Shown: positions 21,901 to 35,080 of the stretch, piece after piece
Position numbering within the stretch: position 1 is the first letter of the stretch
Layout of the letters: every line of letters starts with the position of its first letter
Origin: Monocercomonoides exilis PA203
Taxonomy: Eukaryota; Protista; Preaxostyla
Assembly (NCBI GenBank): GCA_001643675.2
Contig: LSRY02000046.1
Coordinates: 310,001-374,000 of the forward strand
Length of the DNA stretch: 64,000 bases
Reading direction: 5' to 3'
Made by a program: the position numbers and the translations under genes
The notes under the pieces: model-generated
What the model was told of the DNA's origin: nothing
The model's input: only the letters and a program-made list of their open reading frames with translations
The model's database searches: none

Positions 21901-24900
21901 AGGATGTTTTGGTGTCGAGGGGGACGATTGTAGTGAAAGGACAGACATCGCAGCCTCGAGTGGAGATTGGAAGGAACGAGGATGGCGTGGCAGATGGGAT
22001 GATCACGACGAGAGCAAAAGTATCGTTTGTGAATCTTCTGATGTCGATTCCGGGGAATGTGGGAGCAGGGAGATGCCTGATGATGTGCGAAAGCGGGAGC
22101 CTGGAAGTGCAGCAGTGCAAGTTTGAAGGAAGAGAAGGGCCTACGATTGGGTATGTGCTGGTGATGTGCAGTGGAGGCAGTGTGAATGTAAAGCAGCTTC
22201 GGATTGATGGGCTGAGTTTTGAGGGGAGGTGTGTGATAGGGGTGGAAGGTGCAGGAGGAGGGGTGATGTGCCAGGGGAACATCACAGGAGGAAGAGTGGC
22301 ATGCGCTGGTGGAATGGTGTGGCATGGATCGAGTGGGGAGTTTCTGGTGGAGCAGACTGTGTTTGAGGGAGTGGAGGTTGAGGATGGTGGAATATTGGTT
22401 GGGGAGGGAGGGAGGAGGCTGGAGGTCAGAGAGTGCACATTCAGTGGGATAGGGAGCAAAGGAGGAGATGGGAGTGGGATAAGGTGTGTGATTGGAGAAG
22501 GGAAAGAGGGAAGAGTTTGGAACAACAGTTTCATTGGGCGCATTGCAAGGAATGGATGTGGAGGTGGTGTGTCTGTGGAGATAAGTGGAGGAGGGGTGTT
22601 TGAGATGGGAAGGAGTGAGAGCGAAACAACGATTGAAAAGTGTGAGAGCAAGAGAGGGGAAGTTCCAGATGGGGAAAATGGGATTGGTGGGTTTGGAGGA
22701 GGTTTGTTTGTGAAGTGTGTGGGGGATGGGGGATATGGGTATGAGGTGAGAGATGTTGTGTTTGGGGAGGAAGCAGCAGCAAACAAGGCAGAATGTGGGG
22801 GAGACAATGTGTTTGTGTGGGGAGAGGATCTTATGAAGGCTGTTGGAGGAGGGCAGCTTGTGAATGTGGTGAAGGCAGATCGAGGAAGAGACCACGAAGC
22901 GATGGGGTTTGAAGGGGAAGAGGAGAGATATGTGATTCCACTTTCATTTTATTTTGCCAGTGTTGAAGGAGTGGCAGGGTTTGTTGGAGGAGAGAATGCA
23001 CGAGATTTCAGTGTGTGTGGGTTTGAAGGGTATGGGTGCAGGACGATCGAGAAGCTTGTGTCATTGCGATTCAAAGAGGGGAGGAAGCAGGTTATTGTGG
23101 AGGAAGGGTTTCTGTGGGAAGAGGGAGTGGAGATGAGCGGAGAGAAATGGGATGTGTGGTGTGTCAGAAAAGGAGCACAGGTGGTGGTGGTTGCTGGTGA
23201 TGGAAACAGAGAAAAAGGGATTGTGCAGACGAGCACAGAGACACAGATGACTAACTGCACAATGTGTGTGCCAGGATCTCTTGGCAGGGCAGGGTGTTTG
23301 ATCGAAAGTGTTGGAGGGGGTTTGGGGATGAAATGGTGTGGAATTCGGTTTGTGTCAGAAAGTGCAGGGTATGTGGTGTTTTATCATCTGGTGAATGTTG
23401 AAGGAGGGAAAGTGTGTCTGGAGGAATTTGTGATTGAGGGGAGTGGAGAAGTGGAGTTTGGTGTTGTGCCATTTGCTGTTGAGGAGGCGAAGAAGATGGT
23501 TGTGAACAACAGTGCGTTTGAGAGAGTTATGCACTGTGGCGGTGATGGAGGATGCTTAGAAGTGTTGAGCAGGGGCAATGAGAGGGAGGAAGTGTGTGTG
23601 GAAAACAGCACATTTGAGAGTGGATGCGAAGGAGAAGGAGGAGTTCGAGGAGGAGGGATGATGGTCTGTGAAGGTTCGTGTGCAAGTGTGCTGATGAAGA
23701 AAGCAAAGTTTCTGAGGTGCAGTGTGCCAGATGGAGAAGGAGAAAGGGAAAGAGGACTTGGAGGAGGAATATTCATATTGTGTTGCGAGGAGACATGTGA
23801 TTTTGTGTTGGAGGGAGTGGAGTTCAGTGGATGCAAGGGATGGATGGGGAGAAATGTGTTTATTGATGGAAAAGATCTGAGGGAAATTGTGAAGAAGGAG
23901 AGGTTTGCCTTTGAGAGAGAAGGAATGGAGCTGAGGGATCTGATGGGGTATGAGAGAATGACGACGGATGAAAGATTTGGGATTCCGCTTGAGGTGTATC
24001 TGGATGAATTTGTGGGGAGTGGGTATGTTGGAGGAGCAGAGGATTTTGGGTTTGATCATTCAGGGTGTGGAGTTGTGTATGCACCGTGCGAGACGATTGG
24101 GGGAGTGGTGAAGACTCGATTTGCTGGAACAAGTGTGGAAACTGCAGAGATAACTGTCATGGGATCTTTCGAGCTGAAAAACCATGAATCGGTGGGATTG
24201 CAGAGGGTGAGCTTGAAAGGGGTTGAGACAGAAGGACTGACAAATGTGGTGGTGAATGGAGAAGGAGAAGGAGAAGGAGAAGGAGAAGGGCTTGTGGAAA
24301 CAACGGTGGATGTGGTGATGGCGAATTTGTCGTTTTCGATTCCATCGAGATTCACAAAAGTGAAAAGGGATTGCTTGTTTGCCTGCAAAGGAGAAGTGCT
24401 GGAGATGAAGAGGTGCAGTGTGCAGCAAAGAATGCCCACAGAAAAAATTGAGTTTTGTGTGTTGAAGGCGATTGGGGGAAAGGTGGAGGTTCGGGGGATG
24501 AGGATGGAGAAGATGAGTTTTGGAGGGGTGGAAGTGTTTGAGGTGAGGGGATGGGAAGGAGTGTTTTTGGAGTTGGAAATGGAGGATGTGAGGAGCGAAG
24601 CAGAAAGTGGACTGATTTTGGCGAGTGTGGATTCTGTGCTAACGATGGAAAACAGCTCAGTGGATGAGATTGTGGTGGATGGTGGGTGTGTGTTGGAGTT
24701 TGATTCTGGGGCAGAGGTGACAGTTCGGAACAGCAGCTTGACGAATGTGACTCGGAGGAGTGAGGATGGAGGGGTGTTTGCAGGGAGGGTCGGGGAGGAG
24801 AAAAAAGTGGAGGTGAAGAACTGCACAGTGATGGAAGGGAAGTGTGTGGGGAATCCGTCAAATGGAGGAGGTGTGATGGTGAGTGTGGGAAGGAAGGGGA

Positions 24901-27900
24901 AGTTTGTGTTTGACTTGAACAGAGTGGAGAAGTGTGCAGTGGTGGGAAATAAGGGATATGGAGGAGGGGTGTTTGTGGAGTTTGAGGATGAGGAGGCGGG
25001 ATACTCGATGAAGGAGGATGTGTTCAAAGAGAATGCTGCAGCAAAGGGGATGGATGTGTTTGTTGTGAGTGGTGCCCCGGATGTGATGCTGCGGGAGGAT
25101 CTGTGGATGGGGTCAGTGGATGAGGAGAGCACTCCAGAGGAGAATGTGTGGGTGGTGGACTCGTTGACAGACACGGTGATTGATCTGTCGGTGAAGAAGT
25201 ATCTGTTCCCGTCTGAGGGGATGATTGTGTTTATTGAGGCAGGGAGGAGCACAATGGCAGACACCTGTGGAAGCGAGGTGTCACCGTGTGACAAGTTTGC
25301 AGATGGGTTTGGGCACATGGGAGATGACAAAACAACGATCCAGATCAACAACGAAAACAGCATTGAGAGCGAGATCAACCGAAAAGGGATATCGCTGGCT
25401 GTTCGGGGGAGAAGTGGGGAGAGTCTTTTGGAATTTGTGGAATGGGGGTGCTTTGTTCAAGATGAGGGAGATGGACAAACAACACTGTCATTGAACAGAT
25501 TGAGGTTCAAGCTGCCAAGGGTTGGAGGAGAAGGAAACAGCGGGGCATTGCGAGTGTGTGTTGGGATGATGATGGTTATGAACTGCAAGTTTGGGGCAGG
25601 AGGTGGAGAAAAGGAGGAGACGGGAATGAGGATTGTGGAGGAGATTGGAGGAGAAGTGCGAATGGAGCAGGTTGTTGTGGAAGGGATGATATTCTCGGGG
25701 GAAGGAGGGATTGGGGCTGTGAAAGGTGGAGTGTTTCACATGAACAACACGAACATATCGAAGATTGTTGGAAAGGGGAAGAGTCTGATTGAAGGAGAAG
25801 AAGGGATTGAGTTTGGGATGTGGAGGGGGAATATTGTGGATGTGGAGGTGGAGCGAGGAGGGGTGATGGAGATGAAGAAGGCGCAGCGTGTTGAGATTGA
25901 GGAAGGGAATGTGTTTAATGGGTGCAGATCGGTGTTTGGGGATGGAGGAGGGATGAAATGGGAGGTGGATGAGGGGGGAAGTTTTGAGTTTGTGAATGGA
26001 GAGGTGGAGCAGTGTAGTGTGAATGGTGAGAGTGGGAGAGGGGGAGGGGTTTTTGTGTATGTGGACAACAGGACGAGTGGGATGATCCGTTTTGAGGGGA
26101 TTGTGTTTCTGCAGAACTCGGGAGCATATGGGAGAGATATGTTTTTGGATTGCAGGGACTTGAACGAAACGGTGACAACAGAGAGATTTGGGCTGCGTGT
26201 GACGAACGAAGAAGGAAGAGAAATAGTGGATATGCAGGGAGTGGACAGAGTGAGATTTGTGGAGAGGCATGTGGACTTGTGCGTATTTCTGGTGGAGTGG
26301 AAGTGGAGGGAGGTGCATGTGAGCGAGGAAGGGTGTGACATGGTGGGGTGTGGGAATGGGAGTTTGCCATGCAAGAGTTTGTGGAGAGGAGTGAATAACG
26401 TTGATCGGGATGGGAATGAAGGCGGGAGAATCAAGATCAAAGGAAGAGCCAAAGTGGGAGACTGGGAGGATGTTTCAGGGATTGTTGTGGAGTCGGGTGT
26501 TGAGGGAGAGGTGTGTGTTGTGGAGGTGGGGATGGAAGTGAAAGGAGGAGATGGAAAATGGGTGTTTGAGAACAGGAAGACAGCAGGGTTTGAGCGAGTG
26601 GAGTTTTGTCTTCCTGCTGTGTTGGAAAGGGGGCAAGAATTTGTACTGTATTCTGAAAGTGAGAGTGGAATATTGGGCATGCAGGGATGTCTGTTTGTGC
26701 TTGGGGATTTGGATGATGTGGGATATGGAGTGCTGAAGGCGAAGAGTGGGAGTGTTTATATGGTTTCGTGCACGATTGAGAATGGGAGGTTTTCAGTGTG
26801 CCCGTTTTATATCTGTTCGTGTGGGGTGTTTGAAGAGTGCAGAATCGTGGGGATGAAGAGGCGAGATGGGGAGGAAGGGGGAGGATTGAAGGTGACGTTG
26901 GCAGATGTACAAATACTGATGCTGAACAGAACAGATGGATGGGAGTGTGAGTGCTCTGCGACGAGTGGGCGTGGTGGGTTTCTGTTTGTGGACAGTCTTG
27001 CATCGGTGGCAGAGCAGCCATTTCAGCTGAAGGATGTGAGCTTGAAGGGGAATCAGGCATACAGAGGAAAGAGTGTGTTTGTGGTTGGAGGAGATCTGAA
27101 CAAGAGTGTGACAGGAGATTCGTTTGCGTTTGACTTCTCAGGGTTGATGGAGAGCGAGAATGAGTTTGTGGGAAAGGAAGGGAGAGAAGAGGGGGCAGAA
27201 GAGAGGGATCTGCTGCGATATGTTGTGGGATACAGCTCAAAGAAGATTCATGTTTGTGGGAGTGGAGAAGATGTGAAGAGGTGTGGGAGCGAGGATGATC
27301 CGTGCTTTTCGATGTGGAAAGGGATGGAGCAGCTTGAGAACACAAGAGAGATGAAAGAGGTGGTTGTGATGGAGCTTGGGAGAGTGGAGGATGAATGGGA
27401 CTTGGCGAATGTGACATGGAGGGGAGGTGGAAGGGAAGATGAAGAGGAAAGCAAAGATATGCTGATGTTTTGCGGGAAGAGCGAAGGAGTCGAGGAGTGG
27501 TTTGTGAGATGCGAGGAGTCATTTTGTGTGAAGAATCTGAAGATTGTGATTGGTGAATCTGTTGGGGAAGAGAAGAAAGAGGTTGTGAGCGGGAGAGGAA
27601 AGGCAGTTGAATTTGAGGGATGCAGAGTGGTGAGCGAAGTGCCTGAAAATGGGAGGATCCCGTCTTTTGTGGTTGTGAGGGCAGGAAGCTTGATGATGAA
27701 GAAGGTGACATTTGAGAGAATGAAGATGAGAGGGTCCGGGATTGTGGCATTTGAAGGTGTGAGCTGCTTGCTGGAGAAAGTGAAGATGGAGTTTGAGACG
27801 CATTTTGGAGGAAGTGGGATTGCTGTTGAAGGAGGGACCAACGGGGCTGAGGAGCATGAGGCAACAAGTGTGGTGATGAACGGAACAGAGTTTGTGATGG

Positions 27901-30900
27901 TTGAGCGAGAGGATGATGGGCCGAGTGTGATGGAGAGTGTGTGCACCGGAGGTGTGAAAGTGGTGGTGAATGGAAGTGTGTTTGAATCATGCAAGGCGAG
28001 AGGGAGCAGCAAAGGGGGAGGGATGCTGCTGAAGCTGAATGAAGGAGGGGATATTCTGATGAAGGATGGGAGGATTGTGGAGTGTGAGTGCAGCGAGGCA
28101 GTTGGGAGAGGCGGAGGAGTGTATTTGTGGAGTGAGCTTCGGGGAGATCTGGGCTTTGTGTTTGATGGGGTGAAGCTGAGTGGAAACAAGGCGCATGTTG
28201 GGAGGGATGTGTTTATTGAGTGTGTGAACATCAGCAGGCAGATAAACGAAAGCCAGTTCAAGATGGATCTGCGGGCAGAGGTGTATATCCGGGGGAATGG
28301 GATATATGGGATTGACGAGGTGGAAGAGGAGCCGGTGGACTTGATTGAGCTGATAACGGTGTATCAGTCGTCGACGATTGTTGTGTCGAATGTGTTTGGG
28401 AAAGGGGGAGGGAACTGGCGGAAGTGCGGGACTGTGGAGCAGCCGTGCTTGTCGGTGGGGTATGGGCTGGAGCATCTTGTGGCAGGGTTCAACTCGATGG
28501 TGGCAGTGGATGGAGAGAGCGAGATCGAGAAAGAGATTGAGATTGGGGATGTTGTGATGCGGCCGAAGAGCTGGGAGAAGGCGAAGATCACGATTGGTGA
28601 GTCTCTTGTGTGCACACGAGAGGGGATGATAGATGTTGACGGGAAAGTGGTTGTGGAGCTTGTGAGCTTTATGTTTGGGGAGGTGTTTCCCACAGTACAC
28701 AAAGTGGTGTTTGATGTGGATCAGGAGTCGATTTCGTTCTCTGAAGTGAGTTTTGGGTCGTTGGAACCAGAGGCATACGAGTCGGCTGTTCCTGTTCTTG
28801 TGAAGTGCACAGGAGGGCAAGTGATGATGAGAAATTGCGAAGTGGAGCATGTTAGTGTTGAGTGGCTGATGTGTTTTGGAGGAGCTGTGTCTGTGCGTGA
28901 GATGAAGATCAAGAGCATTTGTTGCAAATATGGAGGGATTATTGTGAGGGATTGTAAAGGGTTGTTTGGAGATGTGGAGGCGGAAAACATAAGGATGGAT
29001 GGGGGATCGTTTTGTGAGATTGAGAACAGGGATGGAGGGAGAGAGATGAAGGTGTGTCACTCAAAATTCCTGAATGTGACAAGCGGATGTGAGAAGGCAG
29101 CAGGGATTAGGTGCAGCAATTCACGTGGAGCAACGAGTCTGTCGAATTGCACATTGGAGGGATGCCAGAGCTTGGCAGGAAAAGGAAATGTGATTCAGGT
29201 TTGGATGAGTGAGGGAGTTTTTGTGGATGGGTGCAAAATTGATTGTGGAACTGCAGATGAAGGGCTAAAAACAAACATTATTGAGAGAGAGAAGATTTGT
29301 TGGTGGAACGGTTCAGCTGTTGATTTAACTGAGAGCAAGGTGAAAGTTGAAGATACAACGATTGCCGGCTCGTCGAATGGAGGAATAACAATGAGAGGAG
29401 GAAATGTGAATATTGAGAAAGGAGAGTTCATGAATAACAATCCATCAATTGAAGGATATCCATCACTGAGAAGAAACATCATCTGCTCAGATTCAGGAAC
29501 ATTGAATGTGATGAGTTTGAAAGGAGGGGATGGATGGAAGGATAATACATCACTTTGGATATTGAATGAAGGGTGCAGTTTTGAAGGGATTGCTTCAGAA
29601 AGGGATTCTTCATTCTTCATTCCGATGTTGGAAAGCGTTGAAGCAAAAGAAGTTGGAGAAGAGCTGGTGCTTGCGTTCAAGGGGATGTTGCTGGTTCCGT
29701 GTAATCTGTCATTCATGGTTGTTAAGCAAATTGGAGAAGAAAAACAGATTGAAAAATATGGATTTGGTGAAAGTAGACTTATATCGGAGACTGCAGCAGA
29801 GGGGAGGATGCCAAAGGAAAGGATAAGAGAGGCGGAAGATGAAGCAGAAGTGAGAGTGAGCATCCTGTTTGGGGATTCGAATAAGCCATCGACCACTGAT
29901 TCTTTCATTCTGAAGAACAAAAGCGAAACTCAAGTGAAAGGAAATGGAAAAATCGTTGAAGGAGGAAAAGAAGGAAAATCGTTTTGGCCAATAATTGTTG
30001 TTGTTTTGGCTATTGTTCTTTTTATTGTTCTTATTGCATCTATTGTTCTTGTTGTTCGATGGAGAAAGCAAAAGAGAAGAACTGAAGAACTGGAAGAGAT
30101 TGTGAACGATAACATCAGAAAGGATCCGAAGGCATTTGAGATGGTGACAATGGAAATGTCGCCTGAGGCACAGTGGAAAAGAGCTGAGAGGGAAGCAGAG
30201 AAGAAGAATGAAGAGAGGATAAAGAAGAGAGTGTATGCGAAAAGCTTAGGACACTCAGAATCATCGGAGCATCTTCTATCTGAGAGCGGCTCCACCGAAT
30301 ACATCCTGGGGAGAGATTCAGATAAGATTCCTGATTGGGCATTGGAAAAATTTGATGAGGAAGAAGATGATATATTGAGGAAGCGAACTCCCTCACCATC
30401 CATTTCATCCACTTCAACAACAGACACTTCAGACTCAGATTCAACTTTTGTTCGTGGGGAGGATTTGTGCCCAACCACTTCATCAATGTCGAACTTAGTG
30501 GATGCAATGGCCTGCTCGTCTTCTCACGAGAAGCTGATTGTGGATTTGAGAGATTCACTGTTCATGCTGCTTCATGGAAGGAATGAGAAGAAGGAGATGG
30601 CAATAGGAACTCTTGAAGAGAGGGAGATAACAGCTGCTCAGATCCTGTTCTGGGTAGTGAATGGGGCACTCCACTCCTTCGAAGAATGTGAAGTTCCACT
30701 TCAGTCGCTGACAAATCTGAGCCCTCACATTGTGCTGTTCTCAGAACACATGGTGATCTGTGTTGCGATGCATTCTGACTGCTCTTCTTCAGATTCAGAT
30801 TCATCTTCCATCTCTTCATCAACTGTTGTGACGTCTGCAAGTGACGATGACAGTGACTCCCTTCCTTCCTCAGCGTTTGAGGATGAGGATGATTTCAAAA

Positions 30901-31337
30901 AGGAGTGTTTGAGGTGGAAGGCACCAGAGCTGCTGATGAACAGGAAGATGGGAGCGTCAAAGAAATCTGTTGTGTTTTCGATTGGGATGATGCTGTGGGA
31001 GTGCCTGACGCTGAAGGTCCCGTTTGGGGAGTATGAGGCAGAGACAGCAGGGCAGAAGATTGTGAATGGTGAAAGGCCTCCGTTGGAAAAGCTGCCAGCG
31101 GAGTTCCAGAGATATGTGGAGGCATGCTGGAGCGGGGAGAGGAAAAGCCGGCCGACGCTGGTGGAAGTGAAGCGAGCGCTGTTTGGAAGATTCCCGAAGG
31201 ATGGAGCGATGTTCACGGTGTCGGATGCAATCACATATCTGGTTCCATCGAGGAATGATGGGCAGAGCAGCATGGAGAACGACAGCAAGGAGACAGTTGC
31301 AACAATCAATGAAGTTCAAAACATTGATATGAAATGA
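18908..31337 (+). CDS. Giant intronless receptor-like protein: Gly/Val/Cys-rich repeat ectodomain, one TM helix, C-terminal tyrosine-kinase-like pseudokinase
   Basis: 12.4-kb ORF with a signal-like segment (MLCLLLLVIIAGC) and eight CG-x5-6-C modules. TM WPIIVVVLAIVLFIVLIASIVLVV precedes RWRKQKRR. Kinase C-lobe motifs RWKAPEL, SVVFSIGMMLWE, VPF and RPT are present. The start codon is uncertain (18908 or 18939). Confidence 0.85.
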
Positions 31338-32667
31338 AAAACTGAAAATAAAAAAAGATCACACGAAATAAAAAACTTGTAATGTTGTCATTGTGAAAAT
31401 GAATTCCACTTCACTTGCAAGAAGAAAAGCTGGAAATAAGAAGGAAACGTTGCAAATATCTCAGCTCCCACAGATGTTCGTTCATTGATGCATTTTGTGC
31501 AGAATGCCAAATTGTCGAGAATGGAGGCATCGACTTGCACCTGATGTGTTGTCTTTTGCATCTCTGATCATTCATTTTCGTTTTGAAAAGTGTTTTGGCT
31601 TGTTGAATTATCATCAACTTGATGATTGGAAGTTTTCCTTTCGTTTGAGTTGTTGTTCAGAAGTTTTCTTTTCTGTTTTTTCAAATGGTCACTGTTTTTG
31701 ATTTTTGAGAGGTATTGCGACAAAGAAATCAACGAATATTGGAAATGAAAAGAAATGTTTTTGTGTATGTGTGCATTGTCGAATGTTTTTGAAAATAAGG
31801 AAGATGAATGAGGCATTTCCAATGACTGGGCCTAGCTCGGTCATTCTTGAAAAACAAATTGGAATGGTGCTTGCAACAAAAAGAATACTCACAAAAAAAT
31901 GAATCCAAAAAGAGATTCGAGGAAAAAACTGCTGACAATTTTGCTTCAATTATTCATTGGCTCATTCAAAGTGGAGTGTTGTGAGCATTTTGAAAAGCAT
32001 TATTTTGAATTCATAAATGTGTTTTTCTTCATCAAAAGAAAGGTGTTTGTTTATTCTTTTGAAGAAATAATTCTTCAACACGCACAAATTGCAGAGAATA
32101 ACTGATTTTTTGAGCAGTTATTCAAAAAAAAAAATTGATTTATGATCTTGAGCATTGGTTGGAGCATTCGCTTTCACAAAAACGTTAATAATGCCAAAAT
32201 CTTTGGAAGATAATTATCTCCTGATAAATCTTTCTGGCAACATCAATTCTCATCCAAAACTGGAACAAAAACATATCGCTCCAATCAGAACAAACAACAG
32301 CAAAGAGCATCCAGAATCGAGAATCAATGCTTTGCCAACAGAAATTTCAGAGCAGCTGAGCAAGCAGCCATTCTGTGCTTTGAAAAAATAATCAATCTGC
32401 TGATGCTGTGTTCATGTTGATGATATTATTCAAAACCTCGCACCAGCAACAAATAGTCAATACATAAAAAAATCCATTCAAAAAAATAAAAATGAAAAAA
32501 AGACCAATAATAATCGTGGGAAAAAACTTCAAGCAACTTCAGTGATGCTGATAAATAAATCCAAGCGCAGCACTCGCACAGCACCGCGGAAGCAGGTCAA
32601 CTCCGGTTCCTTGTGGCCTGCTGCAGCCTCAGCAAAGGCAGCCGCCCAGCCCCCGACGAAAGCCCTT

Positions 32668-33469
32668 TTAGCACTTCTCTTGCCGCAGAAGCGCAATCTC
32701 CCCGTCCAGCTGCTCCAGCGTCTTCTCCTTTTTCTCCACCGCCTCAAACATCCCAATCACGTCTGCAACGCTCTTCTCTTCCTCCACCTGCTCCTCTTCA
32801 AACCACTTGATCAGCTCCGGCATCTTCAGCCCCGGATGCTCTTTGTCGAACGGCAGGATCTTTTCCCCCAGCTCGTGGATCAGGCTCGTCACATACTCCT
32901 CGTGGTGCAGCGACTGCTTGAAAACCTCGACCGGGCTGTCCCACCTGCAGCCCCAGCCCCCACAAAAACGAAAAAAATAAATTAATTGATGTATAAATAA
33001 ATAATTAAAGAGTGGAAGAAAATTAATGTTGTTGGTTGGTCGGTCGGTCAAAATATAAAAAAAATGTGATGATGATGAAAAAAAATAAAAACGGCCATTA
33101 AACGTTGCACACACCACTGGACCTCCGGAGCAGGGATCGGAAGAAGATTCACTTTCTGGCCTTTGGTGGTGAGCCACTCCATGAACTTGAACGCATGCTC
33201 CTGCTCCTCCCGCGCCTGCTTGTACATCCACCGCGCCATCCCTGCAGCCCCAAACAAACCCCAAAAGTCCACAGCCCCCGCACTCAAACACAAAAGAAAC
33301 ACAAAGCAAAAATACCTGGAAGCCCTTTTGCCTGGAAGCACGCCCCCATCGAGTTGTACAAGTACTGTGAGTAGAGCTCCTTGCTGATCTGGAAGCAGAT
33401 GGCCTCCACCACGGCTGGCGGCACAGGCGCAGGCGTGGGCTTCGCAAACTGCTTGAAAAGATATGGCAT
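32668..33469 (-). CDS. ftn: Prokaryote-type non-heme ferritin (FtnA/Ftn-like), ~184 aa, 3 exons
   Basis: Exons 33469-33316, 33241-33118 (alternative donor 3 nt further) and 32944-32668. Motifs QISKELYSQYLY, GMARWMYKQAREEQEHAFKF, WDSPVEVFKQSLHHEEYVTSLI and WFEEEQVEEEKSV retain the ferroxidase ligands equivalent to E. coli FtnA E17, Y24, E49, E50, H53, E94, E126, Q127 and E130. Confidence 0.92.
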
Positions 33470-33562
33470 TTCTCTTTTTCGATTTTTCCTTATGGGGCGT
33501 CGAATTATTTGGAGCGCCTTTGTCCTCCGCAGGCTCGCTCTGCTGCATCGGCAACACGCACA

Positions 33563-35080
33563 ATGTGGATCGACGCGATTTACGGGGCGGTGCTGGGGAG
33601 CTTGGCACCGCTGGGGGAGTGGTCGGGAGCGCTGATATTCCTGGCTGGATTGTATTTCCTCGGCTGCGACGCCACGGCCCGCCAGGGGCCTCCCTCGCTC
33701 GCATCTGCGCTTTTTGTCTGCTCGTTTGGGAGCATTCTCTCGGCTGTTGTTTTTACGGGTGCGCCTCCGGGTTTGGCGTTGCTGTTTTGATTTGCTTTTT
33801 TTTTCAAGAATTGCTGTGCTTTTCTGCTTTTGCTGTGTTTTTTGTGTGTTTTGTGTGTGAATGCATCTGTGCTGCCACCTCGCTGGGAAGCAATTTTGTG
33901 GAAGAGGGCGTATTTTGAGTGGTTTGTGCTTGCCCGTGTGGCGTATTTTTGCCTGCCGCAAAGCGCTGTTCAGAAATTGGGGCGAAGGCCTCTTCGCGGG
34001 TGGCTGTTTGCGAGCGCATCAGTTGTGCTTGTGCATGAGATGCACGAGTGCTGTGTTGCGTGTGCGCACAGCGAGGGAGTGAATGCGCTTTTGGCGGTGG
34101 GAGCAACTGGATATGCTGTGTGTGTGCTTCCGCTGCAGATGTTTTGCCGCCTTGGCCATTACGGCTACGAGGACGAGGTTACTACGTATGAATCTGAATT
34201 TTTTGTTTGTTTGTTTGTTTGTTGTGTGAGTCGATTTGTGCCATTTTTTGAGATGCAATTTTTGTGTTTGCGTATTTTAATTGATTTAAATGGAATACGA
34301 TTTTTTTCATTGATTTTGAATTTTGGAATGCTCATGGATTTCGTTTGTGCAATGTTGTGTGTATGTGTATTATTAACTGTGTGGGCCATGATGATTGGTG
34401 CGTTGCGTGTTTTTGCGCAGGATGGCATGCATTGCGGGTGTCTCGGGGGTTGTGCAGCTGGTCAGTTTGTGGTGTTTTGAGATGGCAGGGAGCGGAGCAA
34501 GGCTGGCTGGCGGAGCGAATCCTTCAAGTTTTGCCCGCTCTGCGGATGCGTTGCTTGGAAGGGTGCGGAGCGGAAAGAAGCAAGGAGAGGCAGGAGATGG
34601 GCGTGTGGACTCTGTTTCGCTGCTGATTGCTGCCACGGGGCATGGTTTTGCACATGTTGTTGCAACTGTGTGTGTTTCTGCTGTTGTGTTTCTTATTTAT
34701 TTTATTGAGAGGCTGAGAGGTTGGGAGGTTGGGGCTTGAGGAGTGAAAGTTGAGAAAGAGCAGAAAAGCAATGAGGAAAAGAGAAACATTGCATAAGCTG
34801 TTGGAATGCGGGTGCAGATTGGGTTGTGCTCAGTTTATGTTTTGTTTCTGGGTTTTGAGGAAGAGTTTTGTGAATATGCAGCATTTCAGAGGATTTGTTT
34901 TTATCTTATTTTTTTTTTTTTTGATTTGAACAAACGCAGTTGAGAAGGACGGCGCGGATGCGAAGCCTTCAGGAGCGTCGCAAGGCGAAGGCAGCGCTTT
35001 TGGATGAGCTGTGTGCTGAGCAGGAGCAGCTGCTGGACGAGCTGGGCCCAAAGGAAGGCGCTCGGAAAGCGGGGAAATGA
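33563..35080 (+). CDS. Multi-pass membrane protein, ~316 aa, 4 exons; TRIC/TMEM38-like by eye
   Basis: Frame-consistent exons 33563-33770, 33891-34185, 34421-34727 and 34940-35080. GC-rich exons are separated by T- or AT-richer GT-AG introns. Several hydrophobic helices. The segment ALFVCSFGSILSAVVFTGAPPAILWKRAYFEWFVLARVAYFCLP resembles TMEM38 TM2-TM3. Gene existence is more certain than the family call. Confidence 0.6.

Noticed and set aside
10686-31319. Many long antisense ORFs (Ser/Phe/Leu- or Pro/His/Thr-rich)
   Set aside because: These are shadows of purine-rich or G-rich sense strands, which rarely generate stop codons on the opposite strand.
33528-33547. CAGAGC inside a small hairpin upstream of the ferritin ATG, resembling an iron-responsive element
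   Set aside because: The flanks do not form the canonical 5-bp upper stem with a bulged C, and the site may lie upstream of the TSS. A GAGUGC hairpin in the 3' UTR is also non-canonical.
33788-33790. In-frame TGA joining ORFs 33509..33790 and 33830..34480, suggesting selenocysteine or readthrough
   Set aside because: The stop lies in a T-rich stretch removable as a 120-nt GT-AG intron (33771-33890) that keeps the frame. No SECIS was recognised.
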